Of a DNA stretch of 56,826 nt, positions 10,045 through 19,886 are shown one piece after another. This DNA comes from a virus. Its lineage: Duplodnaviria > Heunggongvirae > Uroviricota > Caudoviricetes. Made by a program: the position numbers and the translations under genes. Under the pieces are notes generated by a model. That model ran no database searches. It saw nothing but the letters and a program-made list of their open reading frames with translations, and was not told where the DNA came from. Within the stretch, counting starts at the first letter, position 1; every line of letters starts with the position of its first letter. The DNA is taken from positions 88,125 to 144,950 of IMG/VR virus record IMGVR_UViG_3300042569_001383; one strand, 5' to 3'.

Positions 10045-13000
10045 TTATAAATATGTAACAGTGTATCTATCCGTCCAAGCTGCACTTGAGGTTGTTTGAG
10101 TTAAAGTTGCGCCCGATGATGAAATTGATAATCGCGAAATATCCCAAACGTTGGCAGATTCTGATGATCCAGCTTCAGCATCTCCTAGATATAGGTAATT
10201 TACATTTGGATCTAATGATGATGTATAATCACTTCTACGAATGTAAGTTGTTCCTGCTCCGCCGCCGCCGTTCATTGCATATGATGCCGTTAATGCATAT
10301 GATGCCGACACCACCGTTCCTACCACATTTGATGCTGTAACAAATGATGCAGTGTTTGCAAATGATGCACTTAACACCGTCATTGAAGCCGTTTGCGAAG
10401 TTAATACATATGGAGCTAACATTGATGCAGTGGCACTTGTTAACATGTAGCTTGAAGTTGCTGCAGTTAATGAATTGACTTGTCCTTGTATCGAACTAGT
10501 AAATGAATTGAATGATGACGTTGTAGTGTATAATCCTAAATCCAATCCTTGCAAAAAGCTAGCAGAGACTGCATATGATGCAGATGTTACCGTTCCAACA
10601 ACGTTTGATGCAGTTACGAATGATGCAGTTTCTGCGGTTTTTGGAGTTCCATTTTTCCAAATATCGTCATCATATATTAATGCTTGTCCATTTGTAGGAC
10701 TTACAATAGAAACATCCGTTAAGTCATCTAAATTACTTAATGCTATTCCACCTCCACTACCTTGTCCACTACCTCTAAATAAACCTCCGTTTAATATAGA
10801 ATTAGCGGCAGTGTCAGTTATATCAGATGCATTTCCTTTTAATACTAGATAACCTACAAATGTTGTAAAATCAAAAGTATCGCCTTCTGTAAATGGATCT
10901 GTTGGTAAATATTGAAGTGCATTTAATAAAGATGTATATTTGGCTTGACCATAGTAAACATATAATACTCCAGTTTTTGGATCCGTAAATACCCGTTGAA
11001 TTGACCAGTTACCAGCACCCATATTAGCTAATGTACCATCGCCAGTTTCATCATATTTTGTAGGATCAACAACTGTGTATAAATTTCCGTTATTCGTATC
11101 AAAGGTAATAACAGAACCAGATCTTTGAACCCGGACCATGCTAGCAGTTGCTTGTGTTGATGTTGTTGTTTGAGATGGAAACTCTGGATTGTTTTGATAA
11201 AATCCTCCATGGATAAAAGAAGTACCAGATCCTACTGATAATCTTAAACTACCCGGTTGACCGGTTAATCCATATCCTGACATCTTTAATGGACCAAATG
11301 CATCTAAGAAATTTGATATTTGTGATATTTGATCATATGCTGTTTTTACAGATCCGCCAAATGCAGATACATGTGTGTAGTCAAAATGACCTACTGCCCC
11401 TAATGGTATATAATCGTGGTATTGTTGTGATGTAAATCTAGTTGATTGTTGTTGTAAAGTTCCGGTATTATCAATGTATAAATAAGTTACTTGTTGGGTT
11501 GCAATGTTTGTTATACTTTGTGTAATTGCATTCCAGGTAACATATTCAATCATAGGAGAAACTTCTGAACCTGTTGTTGCGTTGTGATCTGCTATGATAC
11601 CACTACCAGGGGAAACAAACACATCGCTTCCACTATATGTAACAACACCACCATACAATAATCCAGTTTCTAGAATACCTTCAATCCATTTCCATTTTAC
11701 AAGATTTCCATTTTGTCGAACATATAAATCATATCCTAATGCCGTATTGGAGCTACTTTGAAATAAAACAGTTGAATCTAAATCTAAGCCGGTTGGGTCC
11801 GGGTCTTGTGTTGGGTCTAGTTTTAAGCTACCCGATAGTATAATTTGTTGAGATAATGGGGTTACATAAGATGCGGTGTTTGCATATGATGCACTGACAG
11901 CTTGTAAAACATATGACGCAGTTTGAGCATTTTGTACATATGATGCCGTTTCTGCATATGATGCACTTGCAACTATTCCATATACATTTGATGCGGTTAC
12001 GAATGAAGCAGTTACCGAATTTGTTGCCCATGATGCAGTTCCATTTAATGTTCCTGTAAACGATCCTGTAAAACTACCCGTTGTATATGATGCAGTAAAT
12101 GCATTGAATGATGCGGTAGTAACAAATGAACCAGTACCACCAATTAAATGTGATGCTGACTCGGCATATGAAGCACTAGTTACGGTACCTACTACGTTTG
12201 ATGCAGTTACAAATGATGCCGTATCTGCGGTTCCCGAAAATGTACCTAGTCCCCAATCTACAATTACATTACTGTTAGAATTTAGTAACTGTCTATTATT
12301 CCAATCAATTGAAGTAAGTTCACCGGTATCTTTTAAATATCTAGTATGCCAATCAGCTGATTGTTTTCCATTATAATCTTTTAATAATTGAGTCTCCCAA
12401 TCTAATACCGTACCGTTAGTTGAGTTTAAAGTTCTTTGAGTATCCCATAATATAGCAGAACTTCCATTTTCATCTGATAACTGTCTATTTTCAGCATCGA
12501 TTGATTCAACATCAGATGTATCCGAGATTGTAACGCCTTTGGTATTACTAGCTGCTAATAAATTTGTATTTACTGCAGGACTATGAATAGTAAATGAATC
12601 TGTTTCTAAATTTACTCCAGATCCTGTTACTGTTACTGAACCTGAAATAGTTTGATCGCCAATGAATATATTAGATCCGGTGGTCGCAAATGAACCGGTG
12701 TCAATTGTTACACCTCCTATTAGATGTGATGCTGATATAGCATATGAAGCACTAGTTACAGTACCTATTACGTTTGATGCAGTTATGAATGAAGCAGTTA
12801 CTGAATTTGTTGCCCACGATGCGGTGCCATTTAATGTTCCCGTAAAACTTCCGGTAAACGAACCCGTTGTATAACTACTAGTAAAGCTATTGTAACTGCT
12901 TGTAAGTGTGTTGATACTACCCGTTAGGGAATTTATCCTAGAATCAAATGATTGGCTTACAAGTGATTGACTAGCAGTATACGCGAAGAATGATGCAGTG

Positions 13001-13122
13001 GTAACAAGAGAGCCAGTATCGATACTTACGCTTCCAGAAACATATGAAGCCGTTAACGCATAACTAGCGCTTATCGGATAAATAGATCCTGTTTGTAATT
13101 GTCCCGGTTTAAATTGTCTCAT
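10045..13122 (-). CDS. Long Ser/Thr-rich fibre protein (neck or tail appendage); start probably 13122
   Basis: Many TASY/SASF/TGSF repeats, a DW.nR.L repeat module and a central globular domain. The ATG at 13122 overlaps the upstream TAA (TAATG). Confidence 0.75.
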   Translation of the reverse strand: MRQFKPGQLQTGSIYPISASYALTASYVSGSVSIDTGSLVTTASFFAYTASQSLVSQSFDSRINSLTGSINTLTSSYNSFTSSYTTGSFTGSFTGTLNGTASWATNSVTASFITASNVIGTVTSASYAISASHLIGGVTIDTGSFATTGSNIFIGDQTISGSVTVTGSGVNLETDSFTIHSPAVNTNLLAASNTKGVTISDTSDVESIDAENRQLSDENGSSAILWDTQRTLNSTNGTVLDWETQLLKDYNGKQSADWHTRYLKDTGELTSIDWNNRQLLNSNSNVIVDWGLGTFSGTADTASFVTASNVVGTVTSASYAESASHLIGGTGSFVTTASFNAFTASYTTGSFTGSFTGTLNGTASWATNSVTASFVTASNVYGIVASASYAETASYVQNAQTASYVLQAVSASYANTASYVTPLSQQIILSGSLKLDPTQDPDPTGLDLDSTVLFQSSSNTALGYDLYVRQNGNLVKWKWIEGILETGLLYGGVVTYSGSDVFVSPGSGIIADHNATTGSEVSPMIEYVTWNAITQSITNIATQQVTYLYIDNTGTLQQQSTRFTSQQYHDYIPLGAVGHFDYTHVSAFGGSVKTAYDQISQISNFLDAFGPLKMSGYGLTGQPGSLRLSVGSGTSFIHGGFYQNNPEFPSQTTTSTQATASMVRVQRSGSVITFDTNNGNLYTVVDPTKYDETGDGTLANMGAGNWSIQRVFTDPKTGVLYVYYGQAKYTSLLNALQYLPTDPFTEGDTFDFTTFVGYLVLKGNASDITDTAANSILNGGLFRGSGQGSGGGIALSNLDDLTDVSIVSPTNGQALIYDDDIWKNGTPKTAETASFVTASNVVGTVTSASYAVSASFLQGLDLGLYTTTSSFNSFTSSIQGQVNSLTAATSSYMLTSATASMLAPYVLTSQTASMTVLSASFANTASFVTASNVVGTVVSASYALTASYAMNGGGGAGTTYIRRSDYTSSLDPNVNYLYLGDAEAGSSESANVWDISRLSISSSGATLTQTTSSAAWTDRYTVTYL
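10046..10054 (-). promoter_or_regulatory. Late promoter motif ATATTTATA
   Basis: Overlaps the fibre stop codon; upstream of the paralog cassette. Confidence 0.7.
11984..12872 (-). repeat. Internal duplications within the fibre gene
   Basis: YTTGSFTGSFTGTLNGTASWATNSVTASF.TASNV is encoded at ~12770-12872 and again at ~11984-12087. TASNV.GTV.SASYA recurs near 12740, 12170, 10580 and 10300. Confidence 0.85.
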
Positions 13123-14324
13123 TATGCCCATCTTCCTTTAATAATTATTACATCGGTAGATTCTATATTATATCCCAATGCACTGGTATTAAACGTAATT
13201 GTTTGTGATGCTGCATCGCTAGGCGTCCAAGTATATACTGCTTTATCGATATATTGTCCGTTTATATAAACATCAAATTCATTTTTTGTTGCAACTACAT
13301 ATGTAACTGGATTAATTGCGGCAGTAGCTGTTACCGTAATCGTTGTTGCATTTGAATATGTAGCTTGTTTTTCTGTTAAATTTATTAAATAATTCATAAT
13401 TTCCGGAGTTATTTGTATTACGGTATTACCTGTTACGATATTTCCAACATTACTTTGTAATAGTTCATATGGAACGCGTGTAGTATTAAATATTTCTTCG
13501 GTAACTGTAACATCAAATGAAACTTTTTTAATGGAATACATTTTACGTATCGTATCTTTTCTAGTTTCTTGTGCAGCTAACAATGTACCTAATACAGTAA
13601 GCGGTATCGTTGCACGAACAAGTCGATCTTCTCCAACAGTATTCACAGTTTCAAATGCAACGCTTCCCATAGAAACATGAAATTTATTTCCTTCATTTCC
13701 CCAACCGTAACGATTGTATGGTAAAATTTGGTCAATTAAATCATTCATTTGTGTAGAAAAATCACACCATAACAACATTTCATATTCCAATGTTACATAT
13801 TTAGGAATATCAATTACAAATATTTCTTGAGAGCCAGCTGGTTCTGATTTTGGCATTGGAAATAATAAATCTTCATAACGATTGCGTTTATTGTAGTGTT
13901 GTTTATGAATAAAATGATTTCCTGGATATTGACGATTAACATCCAATGTTTTGTTGTTATCTCGTTCTTGAACTGAATTGCGTTTCAACATGATTAATGG
14001 AGATTGCAATTTGCCTTTTTCATCACGCAAATATCCTAAACGTCGTACGTTATCAGCTTTTTCTCCGTTAGCAAAAATTACCGGAACATTGATCAACGTT
14101 TGGTCTGTTCTAATTTGTGGTTGTATTTCCGAATCAATAAAATATTTTACAGCATAATCAATATCATATATAGTACGTTGTTTTGAACGAATGACATCGT
14201 CATCTCGTCGTACTTCGTTGGCTCTATTGAATGTAGGATCGTTGAATAATCCTCCTTCTGAATTGCGAGGATTTGGTTTATTCGTTCTACGATCTATATT
14301 ATTTTTATTTTCTTTAGGCATCAA
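13122..14324 (-). CDS. Tail terminator / sheath stabiliser (T4 gp15-like) with C-terminal extension
   Basis: VPVIFANGEK, LQSPLIMLKR, IPKYVTLEYEMLLW; third gene of the neck triplet. Confidence 0.7.
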   Translation of the reverse strand: MMPKENKNNIDRRTNKPNPRNSEGGLFNDPTFNRANEVRRDDDVIRSKQRTIYDIDYAVKYFIDSEIQPQIRTDQTLINVPVIFANGEKADNVRRLGYLRDEKGKLQSPLIMLKRNSVQERDNNKTLDVNRQYPGNHFIHKQHYNKRNRYEDLLFPMPKSEPAGSQEIFVIDIPKYVTLEYEMLLWCDFSTQMNDLIDQILPYNRYGWGNEGNKFHVSMGSVAFETVNTVGEDRLVRATIPLTVLGTLLAAQETRKDTIRKMYSIKKVSFDVTVTEEIFNTTRVPYELLQSNVGNIVTGNTVIQITPEIMNYLINLTEKQATYSNATTITVTATAAINPVTYVVATKNEFDVYINGQYIDKAVYTWTPSDAASQTITFNTSALGYNIESTDVIIIKGRWA

Positions 14325-14842
14325 AGTCCTTTATATGCTGGTAAATTGTTGTTTCCACCTCGACGAATGTCTCGTATGCCGGTTGGAGTTTGGCGCGTTA
14401 CATGCGCATCTACAACGATTGACACACTGTATCCGTGACTTGAACCATTTGGCCATGTTTCTGGATTTTTGCCCGTAAAATATTGATTTGCATCAACGTT
14501 GTCAATTTCAAAATATTCATTGTCCCACAATATAATATCTCCAACTTCCGGATACAATGTTATGGTTTCCAATAAATCTCGAGACAATGCAAATTTTGCT
14601 GTACGATTATAGGTATGTCCATAATCATCCATCGTCGAAGTTTTATCGTCTTTTGTAATTAAACATGGTATTAATATGGAATCGTAATATGCTTTGCGTT
14701 CCGATTCTCCATACAAATTAGCATTGCTTTGTTCAATTTGAATTTTAAAATATTCAATTTCCGTATCTACAATTGAATTAATTAATTCAGAATTAATTGC
14801 TGCTAAAAATTTTGCATCTCGTCTGCCTCCAAAAAGTGCCAT
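14321..14842 (-). CDS. Head closure / neck protein (T4 gp14-like)
   Basis: NLYGESERKAY, PEVGDIILWDNEYFEIDNV; follows the gp13-like gene; TAAGGAG RBS. Confidence 0.75.
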   Translation of the reverse strand: MALFGGRRDAKFLAAINSELINSIVDTEIEYFKIQIEQSNANLYGESERKAYYDSILIPCLITKDDKTSTMDDYGHTYNRTAKFALSRDLLETITLYPEVGDIILWDNEYFEIDNVDANQYFTGKNPETWPNGSSHGYSVSIVVDAHVTRQTPTGIRDIRRGGNNNLPAYKGL

Positions 14843-14853
14843 ATACTATCTCC

Positions 14854-16077
14854 TTATCCAACATATATTCTTAAAGGTGCTTTAGACAACAATTCATTCA
14901 TTTGTGTTGCTTCTGCATTTTGTCGAGTTAACATTTGTTCTTTGGTTAATTTATCTAGAAATTCGCGAAGCTGTGCAACCAATGATTCTTTTTCTGATTG
15001 ACCTTGCGATACTAAATCCGAACCATTCAATGTTACTTCTCCGTTTGGTATCGGTACAGATGAATATTTGTTTCGGACATATCCTAGCATTTCTTTAACC
15101 AATGCTACACCATATCGAAGAATCCAAGCACGACCCATATCATTGATTGTTCCGTACTGTTGATATGTATATGGTATATTTGATGAATCACTTACAACAT
15201 TTTCCATAACAGCAGAATTTCCAAAAAGCAACGCTTCCGTATTTTTTTGTTCTTCAAATAAAAATTCAAACCAAACCGTACCAAAATATGCAGTTGATAT
15301 TGTACCTTGCGTTCCTGGTACTGGATAAATGCGTAAATCATCGCCATGTATTTCAAATGAAAAATGTGATTTACGTATTTGATCGTTGAATTCAATAGCC
15401 TGTAATCTCATTAAATCTGCATGTAATGGCATCATCATGAAATTTACAGATGGCGAAAATCCACCAAAGTCGAATGCATCTAAAAGTCCTTGTGAACCTA
15501 AACCAGTTCCAACGAATGGGTCAAAATAACGTATTACTGCTGGAGGTGGATTATGTAACACTCGACGTATTTCAATTGAACTAGTATTGCTTAAAGGTAT
15601 TCCCAATGATGCAGATACTGCATCTCGAATGCTATAATTTTGACGTCCCGATTCCACAGTAAATGATGCGGAATGCCATTTTAATGTACCACCCGATTCT
15701 GCTTCAGTTCCGTATGCTTTGCTAAGTTTAACAATATACGATAATGAATTTCCTACTTGTTTACCCGTTAAACCTGCACTACCTAACAATGATGACGATG
15801 TTTGTAGTCCCATTGTATTAAGTAAATTGTTAACGATATTAACTTGATTAACTTGATTTGAATATTCAATTACCGCAGCTTCGAAAGCTGTATAAAAGTT
15901 TATGTCTTGAAGTTCAACATCCATAATTGGATATCCAACTGTCTGTGCTGCAAATTTTGCAAATTTATCTGCATGTTGTTGAAACATGGGATCGGCATCG
16001 AAATACCCAAATGGAGTAGATCCAGTTGTAAATGATGAACTCCCGGGCCAAATTGGTTTTTCTATGCTATAGTCCAT
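14854..16077 (-). CDS. Head-tail adaptor / neck protein (T4 gp13-like)
   Basis: GYPIMDVELQD..FYTAFEAAVIEYS, WILRYGVALVKEMLG.VRNKYSSVPIPNGEVTLNG..L..QG..E. Confidence 0.85.
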   Translation of the reverse strand: MDYSIEKPIWPGSSSFTTGSTPFGYFDADPMFQQHADKFAKFAAQTVGYPIMDVELQDINFYTAFEAAVIEYSNQVNQVNIVNNLLNTMGLQTSSSLLGSAGLTGKQVGNSLSYIVKLSKAYGTEAESGGTLKWHSASFTVESGRQNYSIRDAVSASLGIPLSNTSSIEIRRVLHNPPPAVIRYFDPFVGTGLGSQGLLDAFDFGGFSPSVNFMMMPLHADLMRLQAIEFNDQIRKSHFSFEIHGDDLRIYPVPGTQGTISTAYFGTVWFEFLFEEQKNTEALLFGNSAVMENVVSDSSNIPYTYQQYGTINDMGRAWILRYGVALVKEMLGYVRNKYSSVPIPNGEVTLNGSDLVSQGQSEKESLVAQLREFLDKLTKEQMLTRQNAEATQMNELLSKAPLRIYVG

Positions 16078-16092
16078 TCCGTTTCCTTTTTA

Positions 16093-16101
16093 TATAAATA
16101 T
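16093..16101 (-). promoter_or_regulatory. Late promoter motif ATATTTATA
   Basis: Upstream of neck genes. Confidence 0.7.
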
Positions 16102-16766
16102 CAATATGATTCGTTTAAGAGACGCAATATCTCCGTTAACGCTTCGTGTCGATGATTATCTTTTAAAATAATTTCATTCACAAAACGAGATTTCGTAATT
16201 TTAGGAATATCATGTATTGCCGAATCATTTTTAAATTTTAAATCAATCTGATGTTTATCACCAGTTAATATCATGATGCTATCTTTTCCTAAACGAGATA
16301 ATACCATTTGTAATTGTTGTTTTGTTAAGTTTTGACATTCATCCACAATACAAATTGCATTGTCAAATGTACGTCCGCGGAAGTGTGCCAATGAAACTAA
16401 TTCAATGTTTTCTTCCTTTTCCATTTTGTCTAATACTTCCGGTTTGTTGTAAACTTTACGCATATTGCTACGTAATGGAACTAACCATGGATCCATTTTT
16501 TCTGCTAATGATCCTGGTAAAAAACCGTTATCTTCATTTGATACGGTAGGTCTTGTTATGATTATTTTGTTAACTCTACGTTTAAAAAACATGTCCAACG
16601 CAATTTGAACTGCTAACAATGTTTTTCCTGATCCTGCTTGTCCTAATATAAAATTAAAAGGAGTTTCAATTATCCGAGCTTTTGCTTCTCGTTGTTCTTC
16701 CGACAATGATATTGAAAATTTAACATCATTCTTTGGTGGAGTTTTATCCTTGTTTGGAGTTGCCAT
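16101..16766 (-). CDS. phoH: PhoH-family ATPase
   Basis: GQAGSGKT, TRP, GFLPGSLAEK.DPW, RGRTF, IVDECQN, SRLG, GDKHQIDL. Confidence 0.95.
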   Translation of the reverse strand: MATPNKDKTPPKNDVKFSISLSEEQREAKARIIETPFNFILGQAGSGKTLLAVQIALDMFFKRRVNKIIITRPTVSNEDNGFLPGSLAEKMDPWLVPLRSNMRKVYNKPEVLDKMEKEENIELVSLAHFRGRTFDNAICIVDECQNLTKQQLQMVLSRLGKDSIMILTGDKHQIDLKFKNDSAIHDIPKITKSRFVNEIILKDNHRHEALTEILRLLNESY

Positions 16767-16785
16767 AACTAGTCCTAATTAAAAA

Positions 16786-17061
16786 TTAATGTAATTTTGT
16801 AAGAGTTGTTTCTTGCAATGTCATTTCGCGAAGGGTTTCAATTTTACCTATACACATTTTTCTTATTGCAAAAAACGTTTCACGTGGTGCATACGGCGTC
16901 ATTATCTTCAATGTAATGCGTTCGCGATCTGGACCTAAGTCTTGTTCAATATGAACCATTAACACCAATCTAACTGCGCGTATTCTATCTAGCACGTCGA
17001 TTAAACGACCATCATATCGAATAATCGCTTCCATGGAATATTTGTTTCTTTCTACTGCCAT
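16786..17061 (-). CDS. Hypothetical protein, 91 aa
   Basis: ORF between a terminator/late motif and phoH, with alternating beta/alpha pattern. Confidence 0.7.
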   Translation of the reverse strand: MAVERNKYSMEAIIRYDGRLIDVLDRIRAVRLVLMVHIEQDLGPDRERITLKIMTPYAPRETFFAIRKMCIGKIETLREMTLQETTLTKLH

Positions 17062-17073
17062 AATTTATTTTAT

Positions 17074-17082
17074 AATAAATAT
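17074..17082 (-). promoter_or_regulatory. Late promoter motif variant ATATTTATT
   Basis: After the capsid terminator, upstream of the 91-aa gene and phoH. Confidence 0.6.
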
Positions 17083-17106
17083 CAAGTAACAAGGTTTCGC
17101 GAACAT

Positions 17107-17137
17107 AAAAAAAGTGCTAACATTTCTGCTAGCACTT
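17107..17137 (-). terminator. Intrinsic terminator after major capsid gene
   Basis: Minus strand AAGTGCTAGCA-GAAA-TGTTAGCACTT then a T run. Confidence 0.85.
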
Positions 17138-17158
17138 AATTTTGACTAATTCAGCCGA

Positions 17159-18811
17159 TTAAAGAGTATTTAATCCGTGAACGTATACTTTTCCGTAGAA
17201 TTCTGGTCTAACCACTTTCTTCGCGTAACGTGTCATGACACCTTTACGTGGAGTGAAGTTGATTGGATCATATACTAATGGAGTCATAATCAACGGAATA
17301 TAAGGGCTAAATACAGCACCTGTTTCAAGGAATTGTGTTCCTCTGAATCCCATTAAGATTATGTTTTCTTTCATGTATGGGTTTTTGTATACAGTGTAAC
17401 GGTTATTGATAGCACCAATTTTTTGTACACCTGCTGCAAATTCCATTTTAGTTCCGTCAGTGTCTGCTGCAAATCCTGGGATAGACTCAAGAATTGTTGC
17501 TACTGCTGGACTAGTTACAAGGAAGTTAGCTCCACCACGCAATGTTTTTTGGTGAATTTTGTTAGATACTTTTTGAAGTTTAGTACCTAATGTTTGGAAC
17601 CATCCACCTTGAGTGTTGTAGAATCCGTCACCTGTCGCAGTTTGTTGAGTAAATCCTGTACCATTCCAGATGTTGTTGTTTTTAGCTGACCAATACTCAG
17701 TTGTTGGTGCTGCAGAAATTAACATATCTAAAATTTCCAAGTCAATTTCCATAGAAACATACTCAGATAACATTGAAGTTAATTCAGCTTCAGCATCAAT
17801 TGAATGGTAAGCGTTTAAATCTTGTGCAAACTCAGGTGTCCAAACTGCTTTCAACTTACGTGTTTTAGCAACGATTGGCTCTGATTGCATTTCCAAGTTC
17901 AATTCAGGGATATCAATGTCAGTACCTTGGTTGATTCCAGACGCACCTGATCCTTTAAATGGATTGGTATCTTCAAAATCACCTCTAGTAATATCATCTG
18001 GTTGTTTGCTATATGCTACAACGTATGCAGAAGTACCATTTAATCCTGCTGATGCAGATACAACAAATTCAATTCTACCCGTAGATGCATTGTATTTTGT
18101 AAATGCTGGCAAGTTCATTGCTGTAGTAATTGCAGATCCTGAAGTTAAAATAAATGAACGAACCGCGGTTGAATCAAAGTTAGTTAATGATGCAGTTGAT
18201 GCATATACTACTGTGTATCCTGTTAAATTTGAAGTATAATCACTATCAAAATTAACTGATCCAGATCCTGCAGATGCTGCAGATGCTGTTGTTGCAGCAA
18301 CCGATGCAGTTACCGAGTTAATTGAATATCCAAAACGTCCTGCTCCATATAAACCACCTGACGGGTCATTTGATGTACTTGTTACACCGAATAAAGAGTC
18401 ATCTGCGTCTGGAGAACCAAATGGATCGCCTGTTCTGTTAAGATTACCATTATCATCATCAAATCCTGGTTGCGCTGTACCATATTTAAAATCTAAATAA
18501 AAGATTAGACCTGATGGCAAATTCATTGGTTGAACTGAAACGAATTCTTTTGCTGCAAATTCAGCGAAAATTCTACGTACCAATGGAAGTGCTACACCTG
18601 CCCACTCTTCAGATCCATTTGCTGTACCTGTTTGTGATGATTCTTTTACTAATTGACGTGCTTGGTTTTCAAGCAATTGTGCCATACCTGCTTTTTCAGT
18701 CTCTGTACGAAGACCTTCTAGCAATCCAGTTTTTTCCCATTTTACAATCGTTGATTTAACGGCTGCTCTTTGTGAATTATCTGGACTTTGTAATAATGAA
18801 TTTAAACTCAT
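17159..18811 (-). CDS. Major capsid protein (T4 gp23-like)
   Basis: LPLVRR, VSVQPMNLPSGLIFYLDFKY, VAKTRKLKAVWTPEFAQDLNAYH..DAEAEL..MLSEY..EID.EI, FSPYIPL, PRKGVMTRY. Confidence 0.97.
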   Translation of the reverse strand: MSLNSLLQSPDNSQRAAVKSTIVKWEKTGLLEGLRTETEKAGMAQLLENQARQLVKESSQTGTANGSEEWAGVALPLVRRIFAEFAAKEFVSVQPMNLPSGLIFYLDFKYGTAQPGFDDDNGNLNRTGDPFGSPDADDSLFGVTSTSNDPSGGLYGAGRFGYSINSVTASVAATTASAASAGSGSVNFDSDYTSNLTGYTVVYASTASLTNFDSTAVRSFILTSGSAITTAMNLPAFTKYNASTGRIEFVVSASAGLNGTSAYVVAYSKQPDDITRGDFEDTNPFKGSGASGINQGTDIDIPELNLEMQSEPIVAKTRKLKAVWTPEFAQDLNAYHSIDAEAELTSMLSEYVSMEIDLEILDMLISAAPTTEYWSAKNNNIWNGTGFTQQTATGDGFYNTQGGWFQTLGTKLQKVSNKIHQKTLRGGANFLVTSPAVATILESIPGFAADTDGTKMEFAAGVQKIGAINNRYTVYKNPYMKENIILMGFRGTQFLETGAVFSPYIPLIMTPLVYDPINFTPRKGVMTRYAKKVVRPEFYGKVYVHGLNTL

Positions 18812-18842
18812 TTTTGTTTTCCTTTTTTTTTTGTTTTTTAAA

Positions 18843-19886
18843 TTAAATTAATCCTGCTAATTTTTTCCAACGATTTGCCATTTCAAATCCTTCAGATAAA
18901 ATTTGCGTTGTTTCTTTTGACGGTGCTGTCGTACGCGTTGGACGAGATGCTGCTGATTCTTTAACCATTGCACGTTTTTGTGTTGGCTTGTTAAAGCTTT
19001 CTGCTAACGTTGCAAATACTAATTTAGCTTCTCTTGGCGAAACGGCTCTATCAAAGTTTTCGATAACTTTCATTTTTTGACCTTCGTTTAAGTCAAAGTT
19101 ACGGAACAATTTGTTTGTGTAAAGAAGTTTTGCGTTAAGTAAATTTACTTCATTAATTACTGAATTCAAATGTTTAACTGTTCGATACGCTTCTTCTAAG
19201 TTTTTCTCTAATTCTTCATTTTCAGTTTTTAATGCGTCCATTGCTGCTGGATCTTCTGCTGGTGGTTCCATTCCCATGTCAGTTTCACGTAAGATTGCTT
19301 CGATAATTTCGTTGATGTCTTCTTCATTTTCATCGTAATCATCTACCTCAGAACCACTAGGTCGTCCTCCGTCCATTACTGGAAATCCGTCGTCATCTAC
19401 TTCTTCATCATCATAATCGTCAACTGGCTCTCTGTCTGCTGGCATTTCTAATTCTCTTAAAATTTCTTCAAGATTAAGATCATCTTCTGCCGGTGCGTCT
19501 GCGCCAAATTCATCTTCTACCGGAGCTTTTGCACCAAATTCATCACCTAAATCGTCTTCGTCTTCGCCAGCCATTCCAACTTGAAATGAATAGTCTTGAC
19601 CACCAACGTTTGCTGCTAATGTGTCATCTGTCCAATTGAAGTCTTCTTCAGCGCCCATTTCTCCGTCGATTGGTGCGTCTGCACTCATATCAGTATCTGC
19701 ATCTAAATCCATGTTAACATCTACATCATCTTCGCCTTCGATTTCTCCAATTAGCTTAGATTGTAACATGCTTTCAAGTCTAGGTGCAAATGCTTCTTGT
19801 AATGCAAGTTTTGCGTTTGCTAATGCTGTTTCTTTTACTGCTTTAGCATCGGCGATTGCTTGTTTTAGCAAATCTGATTTTGCCAT
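18843..19886 (-). CDS. Prohead core / scaffolding protein (T4 gp22-like)
   Basis: Highly acidic middle region; coiled-coil C-terminus LNEVNLLNAKLLY...IENFD.A....EAKLVF; ends RWKKLAGLI; directly upstream of the capsid gene. Confidence 0.8.
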   Translation of the reverse strand: MAKSDLLKQAIADAKAVKETALANAKLALQEAFAPRLESMLQSKLIGEIEGEDDVDVNMDLDADTDMSADAPIDGEMGAEEDFNWTDDTLAANVGGQDYSFQVGMAGEDEDDLGDEFGAKAPVEDEFGADAPAEDDLNLEEILRELEMPADREPVDDYDDEEVDDDGFPVMDGGRPSGSEVDDYDENEEDINEIIEAILRETDMGMEPPAEDPAAMDALKTENEELEKNLEEAYRTVKHLNSVINEVNLLNAKLLYTNKLFRNFDLNEGQKMKVIENFDRAVSPREAKLVFATLAESFNKPTQKRAMVKESAASRPTRTTAPSKETTQILSEGFEMANRWKKLAGLI

